NCBI RefSeq assembly: GCF_965276875.1
Contig: NZ_OZ255701.1
Location: 2,752,440 to 2,816,439, forward strand
DNA: 64,000 bases
Direction of reading: 5' to 3'
From: Lichenicoccus sp.
GTDB taxonomy: Bacteria; Pseudomonadota; Alphaproteobacteria; Acetobacterales; Acetobacteraceae
The position numbers and the translations under genes are program-made. A model generated the notes under the pieces. The model saw only the letters and a program-made list of their open reading frames with translations. It was not told the DNA's origin and made no database searches. Of this stretch, positions 10,027-19,502 are shown one piece after another (position 1 is the first letter of the stretch; each line of letters starts with the position of its first letter).

Positions 10027-10305
10027 TTAGCCTGCGTCGCTGGCCATCTGGCCGGCTTCCCGCGCGGGTGAGGTGACGCGAACCACGGGGCTCGCGGCGG
10101 TGATCGGCTGCTTCAGCGCGCTCACGACAAGCGGGTCCAGGTCCGGGGCACCCTGCTCGATCCAGCCTTCGAGGTCGCGCCGCATCGCCGGGGTCCAGAA
10201 CGATACCAGGTGACGCCGGATGCCGGCCGCGGCCTCGTCGTCCGGATAGGACCTAAAGAAGCGCGCGATCTGGTTCGCCATCGCTGCGAGTTTTTGCGGC
10301 TTCAC
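10027..10305 (-). CDS. fdsD: NAD-dependent formate dehydrogenase delta subunit
   Basis: The GTG at 10305 overlaps the fdsA stop (GTGA). The translation ..KLAAMANQIARFFRSYPDDEAAAGIRRHLVSFWTP.MR is FdsD-like. An ATG at 10281 is an alternative start. Confidence 0.8.
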   Translation of the reverse strand: MKPQKLAAMANQIARFFRSYPDDEAAAGIRRHLVSFWTPAMRRDLEGWIEQGAPDLDPLVVSALKQPITAASPVVRVTSPAREAGQMASDAG

Positions 10306-13142
10306 TCGGCGACGCTCGGCTCGGCGATTTGGGTCAGCGCCGTGTCCTCGTCGAAGAAGCGGGCCTGCCAGTCCGACATACGGTTGGTCTTGCGCACCTG
10401 CACCGCGGTGACTTTGTATTCCGGGCAGTTCGTCGCCCAGTCGGAATAATCCGTGGTGATCACGTTGGCGCCGGTCTTGGGATGGTGGAACGTGGTGTAG
10501 ACGACGCCGGGCTGCATCCGCTCGCTGATCCGCGCGCGCAGCGAGACGTCGCCGGAGCGGCTCGCGAGACACACCAGATCGCCCTCGACGACGCCGCGCT
10601 GCTCGGCGTCAAAGGGATGGATCTCCAGCACATCCTCTTCGTGCCAGCGGCTGTTCTCGGTGCGCCTTGTCTGCGCGCCGACATTATATTGCGAGAGGAT
10701 GCGTCCGGTGGTCAGCAGCAGCGGGAACAGTGTGCCGGTGCGCTCCTCGGTCGGGATGAACTCGGTAATCATGAAGCGGCCGAGCCCGCGCACGAAGCGG
10801 CCGACATGCATCGTCGGCGTGCCCGCGGGGGCGGCGTCGTTGCACGGCCATTGCAGCGAGCCGAGTGCGTCGATCTTCTCGTACGAGATGCCCTTGAAGC
10901 TCGGCGTCGAGACGGCGATCTCGTCCATGATCTCGGACGGATGGCTGTACTGCATGGCAAAGCCCAGCGCGTTGGAGAGCGCCATCGTCGCCTCCCAGTC
11001 GGCGAGGCCCCCCAGCGGCGGGATTACCTTGCGCACCCGACTGATGCGGCGCTCGGCGTTGGTGAAGGTGCCGTCTTTTTCCAGGAAAGACGAGCCGGGC
11101 AGGAACACGTGCGCGTATTTCGCGGTCTCGTTGAGGAACAAATCCTGGATGACGATGCATTCCATCGCGCGCAGCCCGGCGGTGACGTGCTGGGTGTCGG
11201 GGTCGGACTGGGCGATATCCTCGCCTTGGATGTAGAGGCCCTTGAAGCTGCCCTCGACGGCGTCGTCGAGCATGTTGGGAATGCGCCGGCCGGGTTCGCC
11301 TGAGAGCGACACGTTCCAGAGCGCCTCGAAGGCCTGGCGCACGCCGTCGTCGGACACATGCCGGTAGCCGGGGAACTCGTGCGGAAAGGAGCCCATGTCG
11401 CACGAGCCCTGCACGTTGTTCTGGCCACGCAACGGGTTCAGGCCGGTGCCGGGCTTGCCGATATTGCCGGTGGCCATGGCGAGGTTGGCCATCGCCATCA
11501 CCGTGGTGGAGCCCTGGCTGTGCTCGGTGACGCCGAGTCCGTAATAAATGGCGGCAGCCCCGCCGGTGGCGTACAGCCGTGCCGCTTGGCGAAGCGCCGT
11601 CGGGTCGACGCCGGTCAGCGCGGCGGTGGCCTCGGGTGAATTGCGCGGCTCGGCGATGAAGTGCTGCCAGCTATCGAAGGCCTGTGCGTCGCAGCGCTCG
11701 CGCACATAGTCGGTGGCGACCAGCCCCTCGGTCACCACCACGTGCGACATCGCGTTGAGCACGGCGACGTTGGTGCCAGGCAGCAAGGCGAGGTGGTGGG
11801 CGGCCTCGACATGCGGCGAGCGCACCAGGTCGATGCGTCGCGGGTCGACGACGATCAGCTTGGCGCCCGCGCGCAACCGCCGCTTCATGCGCGAGGCGAA
11901 CACCGGATGGCCGTCGGTCGGGTTGGCGCCAATCACCATGATCACGTCGGCGTCTGCCACGGAGGCGAAATCCTGGGTGCCGGCGGAGGTGCCAAGCGTG
12001 GTCATCAGCCCGTAACCGGTCGGCGAGTGGCAGACCCGGGCGCAGGTGTCGACATTGTTGTTGCCGAAGCCGGCGCGCACCAGCTTTTGCACCAGGAAGG
12101 TCTCCTCGTTGGTGCAGCGCGACGAGGTGATGCCGCCGATGCTGTCGCGGCCGTGGGTCGCTTGCAGGCGCCGGAACTCGCTCGCGGCGTGGCCGATCGC
12201 CTGCTCCCAGCTCACCTCCTGCCAGGGATCGCTGATCTTGGCCCGGATCATCGGCCTGGTGATGCGGTCCCTGTGGGTGGCGTAGCCCCAGGCGAAACGG
12301 CCCTTGACGCAGGAATGCCCCTCATTGGCGCGGCCGTCCTTGTAGGGAACCATGCGCACCAGGTCGGTGCCCTGCATCTCCGCCTTGAAGGCGCAGCCGA
12401 CGCCGCAATAGGCGCAGGTGGTGACCACCGAATGCTCGGGCTGGCCCTTGGCGATGACGCTCTTCTCGGTGAGCGTCGCGGTCGGGCAGGCCTGCACGCA
12501 GGCGCCGCAGGAGACGCATTCGGATCCGAAGAAATCGGTGGGGCCGGCGGCCACCTTGGAGTCGAAGCCGCGCCCCGTGATGGTGAGCGCGAACGTGCCC
12601 TGCACCTCGTCGCAGGCGCGCACGCAGCGCGAGCAGACGATGCATTTCGAGGCCTCGAAGGTGAAGTACGGGTTGGACTCGTCCTTGGGAGCGGCGAGAT
12701 GGTTGACGCCGTCCATGCCGTAACGCACCTGGCGCAGGCCAACGGCCCCGGCCATGTCCTGGAGTTCGCAATCGCCGTTGGCCGAGCAGGTCAGGCAGTC
12801 GAGCGGGTGGTCGGAGATATACAGCTCCATCACGCCGCGACGCAGTTGCGCGAGGCGCGCACTCTGCGTGCTGACCACCATGCCGTCCTCGGCCGGCGTT
12901 GTGCAGGACGCCGGTGTGCCGCGGCGTCCGTCGATCTCGACCAGGCAGAGCCGGCAGGAACCGAACGGCTCCAGGCTGTCGGTGGCGCAGAGCCTGGGGA
13001 TCCTGGTGCCGAGCGAGGCGGCCGCCGCCATCACCGAGGTGCCTTGCGGCACCGCGACGCTCTGGCCGTCGATGCGCAGGGTCACGGTTGTCTCGTTGGC
13101 GCGGATCGGCGTGCCGAAATCGGTCTCCTTGATCAGGCCCAT
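10302..13142 (-). CDS. fdsA: NAD-dependent formate dehydrogenase alpha (molybdopterin) subunit
   Basis: Starts at MGLIKETDFG. It has an N-terminal 2Fe-2S/4Fe-4S Cys clusters (NuoG-like) followed by a molybdopterin oxidoreductase body. The frame is continuous, with no in-frame TGA. The track start 13355 is an Arg-rich extension into fdsB. Confidence 0.95.
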   Translation of the reverse strand: MGLIKETDFGTPIRANETTVTLRIDGQSVAVPQGTSVMAAAASLGTRIPRLCATDSLEPFGSCRLCLVEIDGRRGTPASCTTPAEDGMVVSTQSARLAQLRRGVMELYISDHPLDCLTCSANGDCELQDMAGAVGLRQVRYGMDGVNHLAAPKDESNPYFTFEASKCIVCSRCVRACDEVQGTFALTITGRGFDSKVAAGPTDFFGSECVSCGACVQACPTATLTEKSVIAKGQPEHSVVTTCAYCGVGCAFKAEMQGTDLVRMVPYKDGRANEGHSCVKGRFAWGYATHRDRITRPMIRAKISDPWQEVSWEQAIGHAASEFRRLQATHGRDSIGGITSSRCTNEETFLVQKLVRAGFGNNNVDTCARVCHSPTGYGLMTTLGTSAGTQDFASVADADVIMVIGANPTDGHPVFASRMKRRLRAGAKLIVVDPRRIDLVRSPHVEAAHHLALLPGTNVAVLNAMSHVVVTEGLVATDYVRERCDAQAFDSWQHFIAEPRNSPEATAALTGVDPTALRQAARLYATGGAAAIYYGLGVTEHSQGSTTVMAMANLAMATGNIGKPGTGLNPLRGQNNVQGSCDMGSFPHEFPGYRHVSDDGVRQAFEALWNVSLSGEPGRRIPNMLDDAVEGSFKGLYIQGEDIAQSDPDTQHVTAGLRAMECIVIQDLFLNETAKYAHVFLPGSSFLEKDGTFTNAERRISRVRKVIPPLGGLADWEATMALSNALGFAMQYSHPSEIMDEIAVSTPSFKGISYEKIDALGSLQWPCNDAAPAGTPTMHVGRFVRGLGRFMITEFIPTEERTGTLFPLLLTTGRILSQYNVGAQTRRTENSRWHEEDVLEIHPFDAEQRGVVEGDLVCLASRSGDVSLRARISERMQPGVVYTTFHHPKTGANVITTDYSDWATNCPEYKVTAVQVRKTNRMSDWQARFFDEDTALTQIAEPSVAE

Positions 13143-14680
13143 GCGTGCGGCTCCTTGTCGAAATCCTCGGGGAAGTGCGTGAGCGCGCTTCTCACCGGCA
13201 CCGGCGTCAGGCCGCCCATGGCGCAGAGCGAGGTGTCGGTCATCAGGGTGCAGAGGTCGCCGAGCAGTGCCAGGTTGCGCGCGCGCTCGACGCCGGCGGT
13301 GATCCTGTCGACGACCTCCATGCCGCGCACCGCGCCGATGCGGCAGGGCGTGCATTTGCCGCAGCTCTCATGGGCGCAGAATTCGAAGGCGAAGCGGGCC
13401 TGGGCGGCAAGGTCGACGCTGTCGTCGAACACCACCACGCCGCCATGCCCGAGCAGGCCACCGGCCGCGGTGAAGGCCTCGTAGTCCATTGGGATCTCCA
13501 GCATATGCGCCGGGAAATAGGCGCCGAGCGGGCCGCCGACCTGCACCGCACGCAGCGGCCGCCCGGAGGCGGTGCCGCCACCGAGCTCCTCCACGATTTC
13601 GCGCAAGGAGGTGCCGAAAGCGACCTCGAGCAGGCCGCCGTGCCGGACATTGCCGGCGAGCTGCACGGCCAAGGTGCCGAGCGAGCGGTTGCCGCCATGC
13701 TGCGCATGGGTCTTGCCGCCGAGGGCCAGGATAGAGGGGATGGCGGCGAGCGAGAGCACGTTGTTGACCACGGTGGGCTTGCCGAACAGCCCGGACAGTG
13801 CCGGCAGCGGCGGCTTGGCGCGGACCGTGCCGCGGCGGCCTTCAAGGCTCTCCAGCAGCGAGGTCTCTTCGCCACAGATGTAGGCGCCCGCACCGAGCCG
13901 CGCCTCCAGGACGAAGCGCTGGCCCGATCCCGCGACGTCATCACCGAGCAAGCCGGCCTGCTCCGCCACCGCGATCGCGCGCTGCAGAGTACGAAAGGCG
14001 TGCGGATATTCCGAACGGCAATAGATGAAGCCCTTCGTCGCCCCGACCGTGAGCCCGGCGATGGTCATGCCTTCGATCAGGCAGAACGGATCGCCTTCCA
14101 TCAGCATTCGATCGGCGAAGGTGCCGCTGTCACCCTCGTCGGCGTTGCAGACGACGTATTTCTGCGAGGCCTGCGCCAGGCGCACCGTGTTCCATTTGAT
14201 GCCCGTCGGGAAACCCGCACCGCCGCGGCCGCGCAGCCCGGACAGCTTGATCTCGTCGACGCTCGCCTGCGCGCCGATCTCGGCGGCCCGGGCGAGACCC
14301 GCGTAGCCGCCATGCGCGCGATAGTCGTCGAGCGACAGCGGGTCGATGATGCCGCAGTGGGCGAAGGTCAGACGCGTCTGCCGGACCTGCCAGGGATGCC
14401 GCTCCGGCCGGCCGATAGCGAGCGCATGGTCGCCGCCATCGAGAAATCCGGCGTCGAACAGCGAGTCCACGTCGTCCGGCGTTACCGGCCCGTAGCCCGT
14501 TCGTCCGGACGCGGTCTCCACCTCGACCAGAGGCTCCAGCCAGACCATGCCGCGAGTGCCGTTGCGCACGATCTGCACCGGCCTGCCCAGGCGCTCCGCC
14601 TTGGCGCGGATCGCATCGGCAATCCGGTCGGCGCCCATTGCCAGGGCTACAGTGTCGCAGGGGACGAAAACTTGGGTCAT
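13133..14680 (-). CDS. fdsB: NAD-dependent formate dehydrogenase beta subunit (NuoF-like, FMN/NAD/4Fe-4S)
   Basis: NuoF-type motifs are present (GLRGRGGAGFPTG.KW, ..CGKCTPCR..). The start is MTQVFVP (ATG 14680); an ATG at 14695 is the alternative. Confidence 0.9.
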   Translation of the reverse strand: MTQVFVPCDTVALAMGADRIADAIRAKAERLGRPVQIVRNGTRGMVWLEPLVEVETASGRTGYGPVTPDDVDSLFDAGFLDGGDHALAIGRPERHPWQVRQTRLTFAHCGIIDPLSLDDYRAHGGYAGLARAAEIGAQASVDEIKLSGLRGRGGAGFPTGIKWNTVRLAQASQKYVVCNADEGDSGTFADRMLMEGDPFCLIEGMTIAGLTVGATKGFIYCRSEYPHAFRTLQRAIAVAEQAGLLGDDVAGSGQRFVLEARLGAGAYICGEETSLLESLEGRRGTVRAKPPLPALSGLFGKPTVVNNVLSLAAIPSILALGGKTHAQHGGNRSLGTLAVQLAGNVRHGGLLEVAFGTSLREIVEELGGGTASGRPLRAVQVGGPLGAYFPAHMLEIPMDYEAFTAAGGLLGHGGVVVFDDSVDLAAQARFAFEFCAHESCGKCTPCRIGAVRGMEVVDRITAGVERARNLALLGDLCTLMTDTSLCAMGGLTPVPVRSALTHFPEDFDKEPHAWA

Positions 14681-14687
14681 GCCCGGG

Positions 14688-15164
14688 TCATGCATGTGCC
14701 AGTGCGTCGTCGAGTTTGGCCGACGTCAGCCGAACCATCGGTGTGTCGTCCAACAGTGCTGCCGGAGCGCAGGCGCACAGGCCGAGGCAGTAGGTCGGCT
14801 CGATGGTGAGTTCGCCGTCCGCCGTCGTCGCGCTCCAATCGAGCCCCAACCGTGCGAGCAGCGCCTCCGCCAGCGCCACCGCGCCCATCGACTGGCAGGC
14901 CTCGGCGCGGCACAGCTTGAGGACATGGCGCCCAGCCGGCGCGCGGCGGAAGTCGTGATAGAACGAGATAACCCCATGCAGCTCGGCGCGCGAGATGTTC
15001 AGGGCGCTCGCGATCAGCGGCTCCGCCTGCGACGGGACGCAGCGGAATTCGTCCTGGAGTGCGTGCAGGATCGGCAGCAACGGGCCCTCCAGACCGAGAT
15101 GCGCCTCGATGATCGCCTGGGCCCGCGTTGTTTCCGGCCAGCCGGATTGCTGTGTGATGGACAT
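14688..15164 (-). CDS. fdsG: NAD-dependent formate dehydrogenase gamma subunit (NuoE-like 2Fe-2S)
   Basis: Starts at MSITQQ (ATG 15164). The NuoE-like Cys pattern is present (..LKLCRAEACQ.. and ..CLGLCACAP..). Confidence 0.9.
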   Translation of the reverse strand: MSITQQSGWPETTRAQAIIEAHLGLEGPLLPILHALQDEFRCVPSQAEPLIASALNISRAELHGVISFYHDFRRAPAGRHVLKLCRAEACQSMGAVALAEALLARLGLDWSATTADGELTIEPTYCLGLCACAPAALLDDTPMVRLTSAKLDDALAHA

Positions 15165-15243
15165 GATTGGATGCTGGCCCGAGAAAGGGTGCTTGTCGAG
15201 TTGGCAGCTTGACGGCGGTCTCGTGTCGCGCGACAGGGCAGGC

Positions 15244-15762
15244 ATGAACCTCGCCGACGGCGTCAACCGCGCGGATAACTGGATCCTGGACCGCGTCTTC
15301 CAGCCGATGGCCGACCGGCTCGGCGAAAAGCCGACGGCGTTCGAAATCGGCATGAGCATGCAGCTCGGTGCCATCGTGCTCGATGCCGCGGCCGTGATAG
15401 CCATATTCATGGTGGGCGGCCTGAGCATCGATTCCGCGCTGTGGAACGGGCTGATGTGGGCGCTGGGGTTCGCCTTCTATTTGTCGATCAACCGAATGCG
15501 GCCGCTGGTGCGTCCCGGACACGCCAACCCGCTGCGCTTCATGCTGCAGGGCTTCCGGCCGCTCTCGATCCCGTTCCTGCTCTATAGCGCGGTGCAGGCG
15601 GCCCTCGCGCACCCACCGTTCCAGATGGCGATGCAATTCAATGCGCTGGCCAACCTGGTGTTCGTGATCGGCCTGTATATGGTCTCGACCCAGCCCAAGC
15701 CGCCGCGCCAGCGCCAGACCGTGCGCTCAGGCTGGCGCCAGGAGGCGGGGAGCGGCTTTTAA
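15244..15762 (+). CDS. Hypothetical integral membrane protein
   Basis: Four hydrophobic segments follow MNLADGVNRADNW. I recognise no family. It is divergent from fdsG, and its stop overlaps the kinase stop in a shared TTAA. Confidence 0.5.
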   Translation: MNLADGVNRADNWILDRVFQPMADRLGEKPTAFEIGMSMQLGAIVLDAAAVIAIFMVGGLSIDSALWNGLMWALGFAFYLSINRMRPLVRPGHANPLRFMLQGFRPLSIPFLLYSAVQAALAHPPFQMAMQFNALANLVFVIGLYMVSTQPKPPRQRQTVRSGWRQEAGSGF

Positions 15763-17159
15763 GCACGAACGCCTTGGGCGGCCCCCCCACTCGTGAATTC
15801 CATACTGACCCGTAAGCCGGGGTTTGCCGGTTGCAGGCGCAGCTTGGCGCCATGCAGATCGGCTACCGCGCTGACCAGGCTGAGCCCAAGCCCATGGCCG
15901 GCGGTCGTGCGGCTGCGCTCGCCACGATAAAAGCGTCGGGTGATGCGCGGTAGATCCGCCTCCGCCACACCAGGGCCGTCATCCTCGACCGCGAGCACGA
16001 CGTGCGCCTGTTGGTCCTGGCCCAGACCTACGCGAATGCAGGTGCCGGGGGGCGTATGACGCAGGCCGTTCTCGACCAAATTGGCGAGCGCCTGGGTCAG
16101 CAGTTCACGGTCGCCGCGTAGCACGATGCCGGGGGCGATCGCGGTGGCCAGGCTGCGGCCGGCGGCTTCCGCGTCCGGTCGGTAGGCGTCGACCACGGCT
16201 TCGGCGACGGTGCTCAAGTCGACCGCGCGAAAGTGCGCGCTCGGCAGGCCGCCCTCGACCTGGGCGATGCGCAGCAGGGCGGAGAAGATGTCGAGCAGGC
16301 CGTCTGCCTCGGCGATGGCGGCGTCGATCGCCGCGGCAAAGGCCGGCGCCCCGTGCGCCTGGGCGCGGGCATCCTCGAGACGCTGATAAAGCCGGGTCAG
16401 CGGCGTGCGCAGGTCGTGCGCCGCGTCGCTGCCGACCTGGCGCAGACTGTCCATCAGCGCGCCGATGCGATCGAGCATCCGGTTCAGCGTTCCGGCGAGG
16501 CGGTCGAGGTCGTCGCCTGTGCCCCGCAGCGGCATGCGACGGGCGAGATCGCCGCCGATGATCGCCTCGGCGGTGTTGGAGATCGCATCCACCCTGCCGA
16601 GAAACGCCCGGCTCAGCCACACGCCGCCGCCGATGCCGAGCAGGCCGGCCGCCCCGATCGCCCAGACCAGCGCGGTGGTGATCGCCTCCTGCAGATCCTC
16701 AATCTGGTCGAGATCGTCGCCGACCGCCAGGGTCACGCCGTGGCCCAGATCGCTCACCAGGGTGCGGACATGTCCCGTCTCGCCGTCAACGTCGCGAGCA
16801 GTGGGGATTGTCGTCCAGCCCGCTCGCCACGGCATCGCGTGGGCGAGCGTGCCCGCCAGACGCGCGCCGCCAGGGCCCTCAACCCGGTACTCAAGCGCGC
16901 CGGTGCCGTGGCCGCGTGCGGCGACCAAGGCGAGCAGATGCTCCAGGCCGCCGTCCCGGTCGGCATCGCGCAGCAGCGCGGTCTCCGTCTCGATCCGCGC
17001 CGTCATCTGCTGGCGCAGCGCGGCGCGGGCTTCAAGCAGGACAACGCCCCCCAGGATCGACGCCGAGGCCGCGAACAGAACGACATAGAGGGCGGCGAAG
17101 CGAAAGCTTGCGGCGCGCAGCAGCCGCGGCACGGCCAGCCTGCTCACGCGGGGGGGCAC
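15759..17159 (-). CDS. Sensor histidine kinase (two TM, HAMP, HisKA, HATPase)
   Basis: It has an H-box (AAHDLRTPLT), an N-box (NLVENGLRHTP) and G-boxes (DDGPGV, GHGLGLSLV). The GTG start sits directly after the response-regulator stop. Confidence 0.9.
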   Translation of the reverse strand: MPPRVSRLAVPRLLRAASFRFAALYVVLFAASASILGGVVLLEARAALRQQMTARIETETALLRDADRDGGLEHLLALVAARGHGTGALEYRVEGPGGARLAGTLAHAMPWRAGWTTIPTARDVDGETGHVRTLVSDLGHGVTLAVGDDLDQIEDLQEAITTALVWAIGAAGLLGIGGGVWLSRAFLGRVDAISNTAEAIIGGDLARRMPLRGTGDDLDRLAGTLNRMLDRIGALMDSLRQVGSDAAHDLRTPLTRLYQRLEDARAQAHGAPAFAAAIDAAIAEADGLLDIFSALLRIAQVEGGLPSAHFRAVDLSTVAEAVVDAYRPDAEAAGRSLATAIAPGIVLRGDRELLTQALANLVENGLRHTPPGTCIRVGLGQDQQAHVVLAVEDDGPGVAEADLPRITRRFYRGERSRTTAGHGLGLSLVSAVADLHGAKLRLQPANPGLRVSMEFTSGGAAQGVRA

Positions 17160-17837
17160 TCACGGGGTGCGCAGGCTGTAGCCGGCGCCGCGTAAGGTGT
17201 AGATCAGCTCGACGCCGCCGAACTGCGACAGCTTGCCCCGTAACCGGCTGATATGCGTCTCGACGATGTTGGTCCTGGGATCGAAGTGGAAGTCCCATAC
17301 CGCCTCGAGCAGCATGGTGCGGGTCACCACCCGGTCGGCGTTGCGCAGCAGATATTCCAGCAACTGGAACTCGCGCGGTTGCAGCTCGATCGGCCTGCCG
17401 GCACGCATCACGGAGCGTTTCAACAGGTCCATCACGAGGTCGCCCGCAGTCAGCTTTGTGACCGGTGCCTCACCGAGCGGCGGGCGGCGCGCAAGCGCGT
17501 TGACCCGGGCCAGCAGTTCGGCAAAGGCGAACGGCTTGACCAGATAATCGTCGCCGCCCGCCTCCAGGCCGCGAACCCGGTCGCCGACGCCACCGAGCGC
17601 GGTCAGGAACAGCACCGGCGCCTTGACCCCGGTGCCGCGCAGCGCCTGCACCAGGCCGATCCCGTCCAGGCCTGGCAACATGCGGTCGATGATCAGCACG
17701 TCATGGCCGCCGTCATTTGCCATCATCAAGCCGTCCCGGCCGGTGGCTGCGCATTCGACCAGGTGGCCGTGCTCGCGCAGGCCGCGGCCGACATAGGCCG
17801 CGGTTTCCGCGTCGTCCTCGATCAGCAGGAGCTTCAT
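17160..17837 (-). CDS. OmpR-family response regulator
   Basis: REC domain (MKLLLIEDD..IIDRMLPGLDG..DDYLVKPF) plus a winged-helix C-terminus (..LTAGDLVMDLL..REFQLLEYL..VETHISRLR.KL). Confidence 0.95.
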   Translation of the reverse strand: MKLLLIEDDAETAAYVGRGLREHGHLVECAATGRDGLMMANDGGHDVLIIDRMLPGLDGIGLVQALRGTGVKAPVLFLTALGGVGDRVRGLEAGGDDYLVKPFAFAELLARVNALARRPPLGEAPVTKLTAGDLVMDLLKRSVMRAGRPIELQPREFQLLEYLLRNADRVVTRTMLLEAVWDFHFDPRTNIVETHISRLRGKLSQFGGVELIYTLRGAGYSLRTP

Positions 17838-18149
17838 GACAGACCTTGAGGGCGAACGCTCAGTCGGCCTCGCCGCCGGCCATCGCCAGGGCGCCGGCGG
17901 CGAGAATGCGTGTGGTGTTCATGGCAAGACATTCTCCGGGTGATTGACCCTGCGACCATGCGCCACGCGACATTGGCGGAGCCGGGACCCCACGATACCG
18001 ATCGCCAACCTTACAGCGCGGTGCTGATCAGCACGACAATGGGCAGCAGCGCCGGCGTGCCGAGCGGGACGCCATGCGTCACGCAACCCGGCGGGATTGA
18101 TTTTAACCAACTTTGTCCCGGCGCCGACACCTGATAAGTCCCCGGCCGA

Positions 18150-19502
18150 ATGAAGGCTCGAAGCTTCACCATTGTGCTCTGCTGCGCCGCACTTGCCGGT
18201 TGCGCGAGCTACCGCCCGCAGCCGCTCCGGCAGCATGCGCGCCTCGCCACCGGTGTGGCGGGGCTGGACCGGACGCGACCGGGTGCCGCGCCGATTCCAG
18301 CCGACCAGCCGCTGACCCCGGCCGAGGTTTCACTGCTCGCGGTCGCCAACAGCCCCGCTTTGAAAGCCTTCCGGGCCCGCCATGGCGTGGCCGCGGCGCA
18401 GGTGGTGCAGGCCGGTTTGCTGCCCGATCCGGTGTTTTCGACGGGCTACGACGTGCTGCTCGCCGGTCCCGACTTCGCCAACAACTTCACCGCCGCTTTG
18501 ACCGCTGACGTGGGGTCGCTGATTACCCTCTCGGCCAGGCGACGGGCGGCGCGTCAGGCGGCGATGGATGTCGATGCGCAGATCGTCTGGCAGGAATGGC
18601 AGACGATCAGCCGCGCCCAGACGCTCGCGATCGATCTGGTCGAGCAAGGCAGGCTGCTGGAGAGCCTGCGCGATACGCTCGCTTTGCTGCGCCATCGCGC
18701 CGCGACCACCCGGCGCGGGATCCGGGAGGGCACCGCCACCTTGCAGATGCTGGCCCCGGACATCTCTGCCTTGATCGTGCTGCAGACCCAGCTCGACGCC
18801 GCGGTGCTGGCCCAGCAGCAACGTTGGCAGAGCCTGGACCTGCTGCTCGGCCTGGAGCCCGACGTGCGGCCGCTGCTCGCGCATAACGTCAGCGTGCCGG
18901 CAATCACGCCTGCAGAGGCGGCATCCATGCTGGCGGCGCTGCCGCGGCGGCGGCCGGATCTGATCGCGCTGCAACTGGGCTACGCCTCGCAGGAGGCACG
19001 GATGCGCGCCGCGGTGCTCGGCCAGTTCCCGGCGCTGACCATCGGCCCGAACTACACCGAGGACACCTCGCGTACGCAGACGGTGGGTCCCGCGGTCAGC
19101 ATCGGGCTGCCGCTGTTCAACCGCAACCGCGGCGCCATCGCCATCGAGCGCGCCTCGCGCACGCAGTTGCAGGCGGAATACGACGACCGGCTGGCGACGG
19201 CGGAATCAGGTGCGCGCGCGTTGCTGGCCAATCTCGGCCTTGAGGAGCGGCAGTTGCGGGCGGCGGTCGCGGCCAAGCCGGAAGCGCGCAGGCTCGCCGT
19301 CGGAGCGCAGACCGGGCTTAACCGCGGGCTGCTGGACGAGCTGAGCTATGTCCAGTTGGTGGTGGCCAAGCTCGACCAGGAGCAGCAGGTGATCGGGCTT
19401 GAGCAATTGGTGCTGGATGAGCGCACGGCGCTGGCGACCCTGCTCGGCGCCGGCCTGCCGCCGGTCAAGCTGGTGCCGCCGAAGTCGCGGAGCCTGCTGT
19501 GA
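18150..19502 (+). CDS. Outer-membrane efflux factor (TolC/CzcC-like lipoprotein)
   Basis: Lipobox (LAGC) and two OEP-type repeats. It is the first gene of the OMF-MFP-RND operon. Confidence 0.9.
   Translation: MKARSFTIVLCCAALAGCASYRPQPLRQHARLATGVAGLDRTRPGAAPIPADQPLTPAEVSLLAVANSPALKAFRARHGVAAAQVVQAGLLPDPVFSTGYDVLLAGPDFANNFTAALTADVGSLITLSARRRAARQAAMDVDAQIVWQEWQTISRAQTLAIDLVEQGRLLESLRDTLALLRHRAATTRRGIREGTATLQMLAPDISALIVLQTQLDAAVLAQQQRWQSLDLLLGLEPDVRPLLAHNVSVPAITPAEAASMLAALPRRRPDLIALQLGYASQEARMRAAVLGQFPALTIGPNYTEDTSRTQTVGPAVSIGLPLFNRNRGAIAIERASRTQLQAEYDDRLATAESGARALLANLGLEERQLRAAVAAKPEARRLAVGAQTGLNRGLLDELSYVQLVVAKLDQEQQVIGLEQLVLDERTALATLLGAGLPPVKLVPPKSRSLL

Noticed and set aside
13143-13355. N-terminal extensions given by the ORF track for fdsA (13355), fdsG (15428), fdsD (10572), the GMC oxidoreductase (30442), its small subunit (31142), formamidase (38138), the kinase (38056) and others.
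   Set aside because: The extensions are Arg/Pro-rich, overlap the upstream genes, and precede internal starts where family-typical N-termini and/or an RBS or stop-start overlaps occur.
15205-15219. A sigma54-like TGGCAG-N5-CGGC element ahead of the membrane protein gene at 15244.
   Set aside because: Only the GG and GC dinucleotides fit. The -12 box deviates from TTGC, and no cognate activator is adjacent.
15759-15762. Convergent genes sharing a palindromic TTAA stop. There is also a 32-bp convergent overlap at 28682-28713.
   Set aside because: This is real in the sequence but is a common consequence of compact genomes. There is no evidence of a regulatory role.
17860-17922. A 20-codon mini-ORF (MNTTRILAAGALAMAGGEAD) with a GGAGA RBS, just upstream of the response-regulator gene on the minus strand.
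   Set aside because: It is too short to distinguish from chance in GC-rich DNA, and I can assess no conservation. It could be a leader peptide, but this is unsupported.
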